DNA of 32,000 bases from Prochlorococcus sp. MIT 0801 (GCF_000757865.1 NZ_CP007754.1:270001-302000), one strand, 5' to 3'. Counted from the stretch's first letter, positions 20,190-28,998 are shown. Numbers and translations: made by a program. The notes: generated by a model from the sequence alone, not told the origin.

Positions 20190-20225
20190 TAAAACCAGCG
20201 CGTCTACCAATTCCGCCAGGTGGGC
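20190..20225 (-). repeat. Orphan 5' half of tRNA-Leu(UAG): perfect 36-nt direct repeat of 19521-19556
   Basis: taaaaccagcgcgtctaccaattccgccaggtgggc is identical at both sites. It corresponds to tRNA nucleotides 1-36, from the mature 5' end through the first two anticodon bases. Confidence 0.92.
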
Positions 20226-20240
20226 CAAGGGTTTTCACCG

Positions 20241-20246
20241 ATTGTA
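20241..20246 (-). promoter_or_regulatory. -10-like hexamer TACAAT, 15 nt upstream of the orphan tRNA 5' half (presumed ancestral tRNA-Leu promoter)
   Basis: The plus strand reads attgta at 20241-20246. The 15-nt spacing is identical to that of the TATGAT upstream of the intact gene. Confidence 0.35.
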
Positions 20247-20428
20247 TATTAATTCTAGCAGCTCGTTGATGGCTATTTAAAGACTATTTTTGATTCGTGA
20301 TCGTAAAAAGATTAATGTAATTTTTATATTTGTATATGAGACATTTGAAATTCTGGTTTTATGAAGCATGATTTTTAGTTGTTCAATAAGCCTTCATCAC
20401 TACAAAACAAACTCATATTGAGAAAAAT

Positions 20429-20947
20429 ATGGTTATTTCTATTTCTGGATACTTGTTTCTTTTTGTTGGGCTTTTGATATTGGCTTTACCTTTAATGCTT
20501 GTGGAATTAAGTAGGCCAAGAGATTGGTTGATGGGAGGACTTTTTTTATTTTTAGGATTATTTCTGTTAGTGGAGAATGATCTTTTGAGAGGCTCAATAA
20601 ATTTACTTGTTATTTCTATGGCAATTTTGTATGGAAAAATGATTTTAGAAATTATCCAAACTAGGTGGAATCAATTAGACTCTGAAGAAAAAAAGCGAGT
20701 TGGATCTTTTCAGAGGTGGTTTGAATCTTTTAGACAGCTCGGTCAAAGTTTTGCTTTACTTGCAGGTGGCTTTTTTAATTTTTTTAAAGGCTTCACTACT
20801 AAATCTGAAAAACCGTTAAAAGAAAAAAAATGGGTTCATCCAGAATTGAAAGAAGAAGTCAAGAAGAAAGTAGTTGAAAGATCTGATTCAATTGATTCCA
20901 ATAAGATCGGAAATCAAGAATTCGCTGAAAATGAAGAAACTTCTTGA
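20429..20947 (+). CDS. Membrane protein, Ycf66-like
   Basis: 172 aa. It has three N-terminal TM segments and the LSRPRDW...GGLFLFLGLFLL layout I associate with Ycf66 proteins, followed by a charged C-terminal tail. The family call is from memory. Confidence 0.55.
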   Translation: MVISISGYLFLFVGLLILALPLMLVELSRPRDWLMGGLFLFLGLFLLVENDLLRGSINLLVISMAILYGKMILEIIQTRWNQLDSEEKKRVGSFQRWFESFRQLGQSFALLAGGFFNFFKGFTTKSEKPLKEKKWVHPELKEEVKKKVVERSDSIDSNKIGNQEFAENEETS

Positions 20948-20998
20948 TAAGGTTAAAAGACCTCAGGTAAACATGATTACTGATGAATATTTTTCAAA

Positions 20999-23902
20999 GT
21001 GAATAACATCAATAAAAATTCTCAAAAGGATCGTCCAACTTACAAAGACACTCTCAACCTTTTGCAGACTAATTTTGGAATGAGGGCAAATGCAACTATA
21101 AGAGAACCTGAGTTGCAAGCTTTTTGGAGAGAAAAAAATATAGATTTCAAATTAGGCTCAAATAATACTGGAGAGACTTTTACTTTGCATGATGGCCCGC
21201 CATATGCAAATGGAACGCTTCATATGGGGCATGCTCTCAACAAAGTCTTGAAGGACATAATTAATAAATTTCAAATAATGAAAGGGAAAAAAGTTTGTTA
21301 TGTCCCTGGCTGGGATTGCCATGGATTGCCTATTGAATTGAAAGTGCTTCAAGCTATGGATAAAAGTCAACGAGCTGAATTAACACCTATTAAGTTGAGA
21401 AAAAAAGCTGCTGATTATGCAAAAAAGCAAGTTTCCCAACAAATGGATGGTTTTAAAAGATGGGGCGTATGGGGTGATTGGGATCAACCATATTTAAGTT
21501 TAGACAAAAAGTTTGAAGCCTCTCAAATCAAGTTGTTTGGTGAAATGGTCTTCAAAGGATACATATATCGAGGCCTAAAACCAGTTCATTGGAGTCCAAG
21601 TTCTCAAACAGCTCTGGCCGAGGCGGAACTAGAATATCCAACCGGTCATGTGAGTAAAAGTATTTATGTGGGATTTAAAGTTAATCAAATACCAAAAAGA
21701 TTAGCTCAAGAAATTTCTAAGCAAGCTCCAGATCTACTTAATTCTGAAGGAAAATTAAAAGAAGTAAAACTTGTCATTTGGACTACCACTCCTTGGACAA
21801 TTCCTGCAAATGAGGCCATTTCTGTTAATCAAAAATTAGACTATGTAATTGCACAAAGTTCTGATCGTTCATTGATAATTATTGCTAACGATCTTTTGGA
21901 AGAAGTATCTAAGAGTGTAGGAATTAATTACGAAAAAAGAGTATTAATCAAAGGATCAATCTTAGATGGAATTATATATAAACATCCTTTATTTGATAAA
22001 ATAAGCCCTGTTGTTTTAGGAGGAGATTATATTACAACTGAATCAGGAACTGGATTAGTACATACTGCTCCAGGTCATGGTGTTGATGATTTCAACACTG
22101 GTAAAAAATATAATTTACCAATTTCTTGCCCAGTTGATGCAAAAGGTTTTCTAACGAAAGAAGCCGGAAAATTTGAAGGTCTAAATGTATTAAAAGATGC
22201 TAATAGTGTCATAATAAGTGATCTCATTAATGCTGGATCTTTGCTTAAAGAAATTCCATATGAGCACAGGTATCCTTATGATTGGAGAACTAAAAAACCA
22301 ACTATTTTTAGAGCTACAGAACAATGGTTTGCTTCCGTTGAAGGATTTAGAGATAAAGCCCTTTCTGCCATAGAAGATGTTATTTGGCTTCCTGAATCGG
22401 GAAAAAATAGAATTAATTCCATGGTTAGAGAAAGAGGAGATTGGTGTATCTCTCGACAAAGAACCTGGGGAGTTCCAATACCAGTATTTTATGAAAAGAA
22501 TGGACAAGAAATCTTGCTCAATAAAGAAACTATTTCTCATATAGCTGATTTATTTTCTGTTCATGGAGCAGATATTTGGTGGGAATATGAAGTATCTGAG
22601 CTATTACCTCCTTCTTATTTAAATGATGCAGATCGATGGCAAAAAGGTACTGATACTATGGATGTTTGGTTTGACTCTGGCTCTAGTTGGTCTTCAGTTA
22701 TTTCTAAGAAAGAAAATTTAAATTATCCAGCAGATTTATATTTGGAAGGATCTGATCAACATCGGGGTTGGTTCCAGTCCTCTTTATTAACTTCTGTAGC
22801 AGTGAATGAACATGCACCTTTTAAAAAGGTCCTTACACATGGTTTTGCACTAGATGAGAATGGTAGGAAAATGAGTAAATCCCTGGGAAACATTATTGAT
22901 CCTTTAGTTATAATTAATGGTGGTTCAAATAAGAAATTAGACCCTGCTTATGGAGCTGATGTTTTGAGGTTGTGGGTTAGTTCTGTTGATTATTCTGCAG
23001 ATGTTCCTATTGGATCAAACATACTAAAGCAAATTTCTGATGTTTATCGTAAGGTTCGAAATACCTCTAGGTATCTATTAGGTAACCTCTATGATTTTGA
23101 TTATAAAATTGATTCCATTGATATTGCTAACCTACCATTGTTAGATAAATGGATGTTGAATAGAACAGCTGAAGTAATCGATGAAATATCAGATGCATAC
23201 AATAATTTTGAATTTTCGAAATTTTTCCAAACAATTCAAAATTTTTGTGTTGTTGATCTATCTAATTTTTACTTAGATATTGCAAAAGATAGGTTATATG
23301 TGAGTTCTAAATCTGACTTTAGAAGAAGAAGTTGTCAGACAGTTTTATCCTTGGTAATTGAAAAAATATCTGGATTAATTGCACCTGTTTTATGTCATAT
23401 GGCAGAAGATATTTGGCAGAATATTCCATATGACTTAGAGGAAGCCTCAGTATTTCAAAGAGGATGGCCTAATGTTCCTAAATCATGGCGAAATAGTAGT
23501 TTTAATTCTCATGTGAATGAACTCCGTAAACTCAGAGCAGTTATTAATCGTATGTTGGAGAGTTGTAGAAATAATCAAGCGTTAGGTTCTTCTTTGGAAG
23601 CATCAGTAAGGGTTGATATCTCTGATCAAAAAGTTAAAGCTGCTATTGAATGGTTAGCTGAAAGCGAATCTAATAATGTTGATGTATTAAGAGATTGGTT
23701 CCTAGTTTCATCTTTACAAATTGGCGGTGAGCCATGGGCTGAAGTTTTAGTTAGTGAGGACAATGATTATGCTTCAGTCGAGATTGCAAAAGCAAGGGGA
23801 TTTAAGTGTGAAAGATGTTGGCATTATGAAATAGAAATGAGTAAGAGTCCTCAACACTCAAATATTTGCAAAAGGTGCGAAAAAATAGTCTTAGCTATTT
23901 AA
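20999..23902 (+). CDS. ileS: Isoleucine--tRNA ligase
   Basis: 967 aa with a GTG start. HIGH-type motif is [20 protein letters not shown] motif is KMSKSLGN. The C-terminal zinc knuckle is CERCWHY...CKRCE. Confidence 0.96.
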   Translation: MNNINKNSQKDRPTYKDTLNLLQTNFGMRANATIREPELQAFWREKNIDFKLGSNNTGETFTLHDGPPYANGTLHMGHALNKVLKDIINKFQIMKGKKVCYVPGWDCHGLPIELKVLQAMDKSQRAELTPIKLRKKAADYAKKQVSQQMDGFKRWGVWGDWDQPYLSLDKKFEASQIKLFGEMVFKGYIYRGLKPVHWSPSSQTALAEAELEYPTGHVSKSIYVGFKVNQIPKRLAQEISKQAPDLLNSEGKLKEVKLVIWTTTPWTIPANEAISVNQKLDYVIAQSSDRSLIIIANDLLEEVSKSVGINYEKRVLIKGSILDGIIYKHPLFDKISPVVLGGDYITTESGTGLVHTAPGHGVDDFNTGKKYNLPISCPVDAKGFLTKEAGKFEGLNVLKDANSVIISDLINAGSLLKEIPYEHRYPYDWRTKKPTIFRATEQWFASVEGFRDKALSAIEDVIWLPESGKNRINSMVRERGDWCISRQRTWGVPIPVFYEKNGQEILLNKETISHIADLFSVHGADIWWEYEVSELLPPSYLNDADRWQKGTDTMDVWFDSGSSWSSVISKKENLNYPADLYLEGSDQHRGWFQSSLLTSVAVNEHAPFKKVLTHGFALDENGRKMSKSLGNIIDPLVIINGGSNKKLDPAYGADVLRLWVSSVDYSADVPIGSNILKQISDVYRKVRNTSRYLLGNLYDFDYKIDSIDIANLPLLDKWMLNRTAEVIDEISDAYNNFEFSKFFQTIQNFCVVDLSNFYLDIAKDRLYVSSKSDFRRRSCQTVLSLVIEKISGLIAPVLCHMAEDIWQNIPYDLEEASVFQRGWPNVPKSWRNSSFNSHVNELRKLRAVINRMLESCRNNQALGSSLEASVRVDISDQKVKAAIEWLAESESNNVDVLRDWFLVSSLQIGGEPWAEVLVSEDNDYASVEIAKARGFKCERCWHYEIEMSKSPQHSNICKRCEKIVLAI

Positions 23903-23938
23903 ATAGTAATTAACTTTTAATATTAAAGTTATTATTTT

Positions 23939-24562
23939 TTAAAATTTACCGGCGAAACGACCATTCTTTGGTAATTGGATAAGCAACCATTGTAGTAAAC
24001 CTATTAAATAGAATACTAGAGCTAAATAGGCAAAAAATGTAGCAAACCCTATACTCCAATTACCGTCTAAAACAAATTTTATTATTGTTTTTGTTGTAAT
24101 GAATGAATTAAATGGAATTTCTCTCCAAGTATCACAATAGTTCTCATTGATTGAATTCAAACATCTCCAACTAAATAGATGAAGTCCAGTATTTAGTAAG
24201 GACCAAAAAGTTAAAGTCCAACGCCAAATTCGTGTAGTTAAAGCAATTGGTTTATGAGCAGGCATTTCATCAATTTCTTGATTTAAATCAAACCAAAACC
24301 AAATAGAACTAACCATAAGTATTGGGGCAACCAATGAAATTAATTGGCCTAATTGGCTCTCAACACTAAGAAATAATAGGTTTATCGCATAAAGACTAGA
24401 AACTTTCCAGTAAATTGATAAAAGTCGATCAATAGACCTCGAATTGGATCTTTTTGCCCAAATCAATAGAAATAATGGGAGACCGAGTGCGAAGGTAGCA
24501 GCAATTCGATATGAGAGCCAAACTAGAATTTGGAATTGAGGTTCAGTCAAAAAAAATCTCAT
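23939..24562 (-). CDS. Conserved multi-pass membrane protein (DUF3177-like)
   Basis: 207-aa ORF with about 5 TM segments. I see no catalytic motif. The family assignment is tentative. Confidence 0.6.
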   Translation of the reverse strand: MRFFLTEPQFQILVWLSYRIAATFALGLPLFLLIWAKRSNSRSIDRLLSIYWKVSSLYAINLLFLSVESQLGQLISLVAPILMVSSIWFWFDLNQEIDEMPAHKPIALTTRIWRWTLTFWSLLNTGLHLFSWRCLNSINENYCDTWREIPFNSFITTKTIIKFVLDGNWSIGFATFFAYLALVFYLIGLLQWLLIQLPKNGRFAGKF

Positions 24563-24824
24563 TTATATGTATTATCAACCTTAAGGTATTCTTTTGATGA
24601 TTATTCTTAATTATTAAAGCGTTTTCTCTATATTTGCGGAATTCTTAGATTATTGCCCCAATTCTACAATTGCTTACTTAATGAGTATATACCAATTAAA
24701 ATTAAATAATTAAAAGACTCTCATCAAAAATTTATAAATTGGTTTGTCTTTATATCATCTTTTGAAAAAATTAATTGACTTTACTAATATAGTAATCTGA
24801 TTTATTTATTTCAGGTTTCATTTT

Positions 24825-25469
24825 GTGAGACAGCATGTAAATCCTTTAAGCCAATTTTTTCAGTTACCATTATCTCTTCCCAGTAAGAATGTTCTTTTTG
24901 AGGAATCTCACTATCCAATTCATTTAGATATTGGATCTGCAAAAGGTGAATTTCTGATTGAACTAGCCAAAAAACATCCTGACTGGAATTTTGTTGGGCT
25001 TGAGATAAGAGAACCTCTTGTTAGTTTGTGTGAAAAGAAAAGAAGAAAATTAGAATTGAATAATTTAAAATTTTTATTTTGTAATGTTAATGTCAGTCTC
25101 GATGAATGGTTGTCTGATTTAGATTATGGTCAATTAAAAAGAGTTTCAATTCAATTTCCAGACCCTTGGTTTAAAAGAAAACACTTCAAGAGGAGGGTAT
25201 TAAAGACAAGTATCCTCAATTCAATTGCTAAAGCTATGAGTAATGATGGCGAAATATTTATTCAAAGCGATATATTCAAACTTATTGAATATATGACTAA
25301 TACGATTGATAAAAATAGATATTTTAATAGAAAAGATGTAGGACCTCAAAGATTCATTGATAAAAATCCTTATAATGTGAAGACAGATAGAGAAATATTT
25401 TCTCTTAAAAAAAATCTGCTAATTTATAGAGTAATGTATATTAGAAATAACCTATTATTCATTAATTAA
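24825..25469 (+). CDS. trmB: tRNA (guanine-N7)-methyltransferase
   Basis: GTG start. The N-terminus is RQHVNPLS. The SAM-MTase block is HLDIGSAKGEF. The TrmB signature is IQFPDPWFKRKHFKRR. Confidence 0.82.
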   Translation: MRQHVNPLSQFFQLPLSLPSKNVLFEESHYPIHLDIGSAKGEFLIELAKKHPDWNFVGLEIREPLVSLCEKKRRKLELNNLKFLFCNVNVSLDEWLSDLDYGQLKRVSIQFPDPWFKRKHFKRRVLKTSILNSIAKAMSNDGEIFIQSDIFKLIEYMTNTIDKNRYFNRKDVGPQRFIDKNPYNVKTDREIFSLKKNLLIYRVMYIRNNLLFIN

Positions 25470-25553
25470 TAAAATTTATACTCAAAATATATGATATGTT
25501 ATAAGTTAAAGTTTATGTATATAATAATTCTTATACAGAAAGTGTGATTTCTG

Positions 25554-26120
25554 ATGATTGATAACTCCAATTCAGATGAAGATCTTGGCCTCCTTCAAAA
25601 AATTTTTTTAGTTTTACTTAGTCTTTTTTTAGTTGCTTTACTTTTCTTTTTCCGAAGTGGGTTTAAAGCTAATGCAATGCTTGATCAATTGGCTAAGAAC
25701 TCCTTGGAACCAGACATAGCTTTGTTGAATGGAAAACCTACAGTATTTGAATTTTATGCGGATTGGTGTGAAGCTTGCAAAGAAATGGCTCCCGACATGT
25801 TTGATGCTGAGAAACTATATTCAAATAAGATAGATATAGTTTTACTTAATGTCGATAATTCAAGATGGTTGGATTTGATTGAAAAATATAATGTTAATGG
25901 TATTCCTCAATTAACTTTTTTTAACGATAAAGGTGAATTTAAGGGCTTTTCATTAGGAGTTAGAAAATATACTGAACTTAATGAAATCTTTCTTGCTTTA
26001 ATTAATAATTCTGAGTTACCATCTTACACTAAATTATCAAATTCAAGTAATTTGATTTCTAAAAACAATTTAAAAGTGCAAAATAATATTAGAGCAGAAG
26101 GCCCTAGATATCATAGCTAG
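25554..26120 (+). CDS. txlA: Membrane-anchored thioredoxin-like protein (TxlA-type)
   Basis: N-terminal TM anchor followed by a thioredoxin fold with WCEAC active site (EFYADWCEACKEMAP) and a cis-Pro region (GIPQ). Confidence 0.75.
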   Translation: MIDNSNSDEDLGLLQKIFLVLLSLFLVALLFFFRSGFKANAMLDQLAKNSLEPDIALLNGKPTVFEFYADWCEACKEMAPDMFDAEKLYSNKIDIVLLNVDNSRWLDLIEKYNVNGIPQLTFFNDKGEFKGFSLGVRKYTELNEIFLALINNSELPSYTKLSNSSNLISKNNLKVQNNIRAEGPRYHS

Positions 26121-26755
26121 ACTAGCCAGTTTAAAGCTGATGAAACTACTGGATATGCTTTTGAAAAAATATTTTTACATTCTTGTGCAATCTCCATATG
26201 CTCTTTTTGCGTGCCATGACCAGTTCTAAGATTTATGTAATGAATCCACGAGCGACATGATCCTGTCATGTAAATTCTGGTTGGCGTAGCAAGTGGAAGT
26301 ACAAATCTTGCACATTCTTTGGCGATTCCAGCTTCTAACATCTCTTCATAAAGTTCTTTATTCTGATTAAATTGATGTTTGATTTTTTTGTTGAATGTAT
26401 TGATAATTTCTTCTGGCAAGTCTGATATAGAATTTTGTCTATTTTTATTATCTTGTCTTCTTAATTCGGGGATAGGAATTTCTCCTAATTGCATGCTATC
26501 GGCATAGCGTTGTGAGAATTCTTGAAAGGTAAATGATCGATGTCTTAAAATTTGTGCAGCAATTCCTCTAGTAGTTTCTATTTGTAAAGTCATATAAGCT
26601 TGCTCGAATACGCTCCAATGTTCATTTTTAATGCAATACCCAATTAATTTTGTAAAATCATCATTGTCTTGATTTTTTGGATTACTAACCCTGGCAATAT
26701 ATGCCATGCTTTTTTCAGCGTCTGGCGTAGAAGTTATTAATTGAACACAACTCAT
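26117..26755 (-). CDS. thyX: Flavin-dependent thymidylate synthase
   Basis: ThyX motif RHRSFTFQEFSQRY (RHR-x7-S-x-R). Length is 212 aa. Confidence 0.9.
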   Translation of the reverse strand: MSCVQLITSTPDAEKSMAYIARVSNPKNQDNDDFTKLIGYCIKNEHWSVFEQAYMTLQIETTRGIAAQILRHRSFTFQEFSQRYADSMQLGEIPIPELRRQDNKNRQNSISDLPEEIINTFNKKIKHQFNQNKELYEEMLEAGIAKECARFVLPLATPTRIYMTGSCRSWIHYINLRTGHGTQKEHMEIAQECKNIFSKAYPVVSSALNWLV

Positions 26756-26757
26756 AT

Positions 26758-27351
26758 TTAAACCTTTGCTAGGGTTACTTTTTCTTGTTGATATTGATAT
26801 TTACCTTTCCTATCACTGTAAGTTGTTTCGCAAGGATCTCCTTCAAAGAAAAGTAATTGACAAATTCCTTCATCAGCATAAATCCTGCAATCTGCTCCAG
26901 AGCTGTTACTGAATTCCAGGGTTAGATGACCTTCCCAGCTTGCTTCAGCAGGAGTTGTATTTACGATTATTCCTAGGCGGGCGTAGGTGCTTTTCCCAAG
27001 GCAAATAACTGTAATATTTGGCGGTACTTTCATTTTTTCTAATGCAACACCAAGGCCGTAAGAGTGAGCAGGTAAAATAAAATATTTACCATCTTTGTCT
27101 TCTTTCAAATCTGTGGGTTCTAAATTGGCAGGATTAAACTTTTTCGGATTCATTACTGTTCCAGGGACATGCCTAAAAATCAAAAACTCTTTAGAAGAGA
27201 GACGCAAATCATATCCATATGATGAGCAACCAAAGCTTAAAACAGGAGATTTTTCTGATTCCGGCTCAAGATGTCTTATTAGCTTTTCTTGAAAAGGTTC
27301 AAGCATTCCTAATGAAGCCTGTTCAGCAATCCAACGATCGTTTTTTAACAT
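26758..27351 (-). CDS. dcd: dCTP deaminase
   Basis: dUTPase-fold blocks SYGYDLRLS and GKSTYARLGIIVNTTPAEASWEGHLTLEFSN. Length is 197 aa. Confidence 0.88.
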   Translation of the reverse strand: MLKNDRWIAEQASLGMLEPFQEKLIRHLEPESEKSPVLSFGCSSYGYDLRLSSKEFLIFRHVPGTVMNPKKFNPANLEPTDLKEDKDGKYFILPAHSYGLGVALEKMKVPPNITVICLGKSTYARLGIIVNTTPAEASWEGHLTLEFSNSSGADCRIYADEGICQLLFFEGDPCETTYSDRKGKYQYQQEKVTLAKV

Positions 27352-27948
27352 TTAATTGCAGCGTAATTCAGTGATTTGATCAGCCATTTCAATTACTTTA
27401 GGCGGGATTGATGGTCCTGTAAGAATAATATCTGTGGATGATGGTCGATTATTTATCAAGAAAATTAAATCATTTTCTTCAATGAAACCAAGACTAATAG
27501 CCATTCCAATTTCATCAAGAATGATTTTATCTATTTTTTTTTCAATTAAACGTGCTTTACAAAATTCCCAAAGTTCTTTGATCGCTTTTTCTTCATATTT
27601 TCTCTTTAAAGATAAATGTTCTTCCAATATTTTTTCTGGTAAGCACGTTTCAATTGCTGGTCTTAACCACTCAAGTCGCCCGCAAAGATTGATAGCTCCA
27701 CTTGGCCCTTGATTGACTCCACCTCTCAAAAATTGTGCTATTAAAACCTGGCTTCCTAATCCTGCAGATCTAATTGCCTCACTAAGAACAACAGAAAAAC
27801 TGCCTCTGAAAGTAGAAGTATGGATTTGAACTTGGCCTTGTGTCGCAACTAGTTGTAAAGGCTTTTTAATGGGGGTAGGCCTTAGAGACGTCTCTGTTGA
27901 CATAGATGAACCCCTTTGTTGAGCATTAATACTCGCTCGTGCATTCAT
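27352..27948 (-). CDS. CobA/CobO/BtuR-family (corrinoid adenosyltransferase-like) protein with degenerate P-loop
   Basis: Clear family blocks AQFLRGG and ILDEIGMAISLGFIEENDLIFLINNRPSSTDIILTGPSIPPKVIEMADQITELR, which resemble Salmonella CobA VQFIKG and LDELTYM...VIITGR...LADTVSELR. Where the GNGKGKTT P-loop should be, the sequence reads STFRGSFS. The true start may be the internal Met at MSTETS. Confidence 0.75.
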   Translation of the reverse strand: MNARASINAQQRGSSMSTETSLRPTPIKKPLQLVATQGQVQIHTSTFRGSFSVVLSEAIRSAGLGSQVLIAQFLRGGVNQGPSGAINLCGRLEWLRPAIETCLPEKILEEHLSLKRKYEEKAIKELWEFCKARLIEKKIDKIILDEIGMAISLGFIEENDLIFLINNRPSSTDIILTGPSIPPKVIEMADQITELRCN

Positions 27949-28098
27949 ATTGATTTTGATCAGAATGTCTTCAAATTAATCTAGCGGCATAAAATTTCTA
28001 ATCAACCAATTGAACACTATCTGTGGTGTATGGAGTAAGAATAATTGGTTCTCAAAACTATTAAGGCCCCAAAAGCGATTCAAAAAAAACAGGAGAAA

Positions 28099-28112
28099 GT
28101 AGTTTTTCATAC
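28099..28112 (+). promoter_or_regulatory. NtcA-box consensus GTA-N8-TAC upstream of ntcA
   Basis: gta gtttttca tac at 28099-28112, 155 nt upstream of the longest ntcA start. A strong TAGAAT hexamer lies at 28154-28159, 41 nt downstream. That is farther than the canonical ~22 nt, and no good -10 sits at the canonical distance. Confidence 0.5.
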
Positions 28113-28266
28113 CTTTTGAAAAAATAGTCGCAATTTTTTGAGTGAAAAAAAGATAGAATTTCCTGAACGAACAGCCTTGTATTAAAGACTTAGGTTCAAA
28201 AAAGTCGCCATGGCTACATATCGTTTTTTCTCGACTTATTAATGTTCTCAGAACAGTTAATTAAAC

Positions 28267-28998
28267 ATGGTCACCTCCTATCGTGGCTTTACTCGTTTCA
28301 ACCAACCAAGAAATAGCCAGATGGTTGGTAATTCATCTTCTCCATTGCCGCCAAATAAGTCTCTCTTAGATGTAATTAAATCTTTGGAGGGATTCTCTAC
28401 TGAAACAGTTGATAGGTCAAAAACTATTTTTTTTCCTGGTGATCCTGCAGAAAGGGTTTATTTGATAAGACGTGGTGCAGTTCGATTGAGCAGAGTCTAT
28501 GAAACGGGCGAAGAAATTACTGTTGCTTTGTTAAGAGAAAATAGTCTGTTTGGAGTTTTATCTTTATTAACAGGACATAGATCAGATCGTTTTTATCACG
28601 CAATTGCCTTTACTCGTGTGGAGCTCGTTTCTGCCCCAGCCACATCAGTAAGGAATGCAATCGAGCAAGATGCCTCTGTTGGGCTGCTACTTTTACAAGG
28701 TTTATCAAGTCGGGTACTTCAAACTGAAACAATGATTGAAACTTTGACTCATAGAGATATGTCTTCTCGTCTTGCAAGCTTTTTACTTGTTTTATGTAGA
28801 GACTTTGGCGTGGCTGGGGAAAAAGGAGTCACAATTGACTTGAGACTCTCTCATCAAGCCATTGCTGAGGCCATAGGCTCAACCAGAGTTACTATTACAC
28901 GACTACTTGGTGAGTTGAAAAGTTCCTCCTTATTGGCAATAGATAGGAAGAAAATAACCATATTTGATCCAATAGCGCTTGCGAAAAGATTTAATTGA
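28267..28998 (+). CDS. ntcA: Global nitrogen regulator NtcA (CRP/FNR family)
   Basis: cNMP-binding-like domain ([24 protein letters not shown]). The C-terminal HTH is [25 protein letters not shown], highly characteristic of NtcA. The start could be the second Met (MVGNSS). Confidence 0.92.
   Translation: MVTSYRGFTRFNQPRNSQMVGNSSSPLPPNKSLLDVIKSLEGFSTETVDRSKTIFFPGDPAERVYLIRRGAVRLSRVYETGEEITVALLRENSLFGVLSLLTGHRSDRFYHAIAFTRVELVSAPATSVRNAIEQDASVGLLLLQGLSSRVLQTETMIETLTHRDMSSRLASFLLVLCRDFGVAGEKGVTIDLRLSHQAIAEAIGSTRVTITRLLGELKSSSLLAIDRKKITIFDPIALAKRFN

Larger units (their letters stand above)
19557..20225 (-). mobile_element. Candidate remnant of a tRNA-targeting integrated element (insert plus distal att-like repeat); no recombinase present
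   Basis: Bounded by the intact tRNA-Leu and a perfect 36-nt direct repeat of its 5' half. It carries extra tRNA-derived fragments. The distal third is locally G+C-enriched. Confidence 0.35.
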
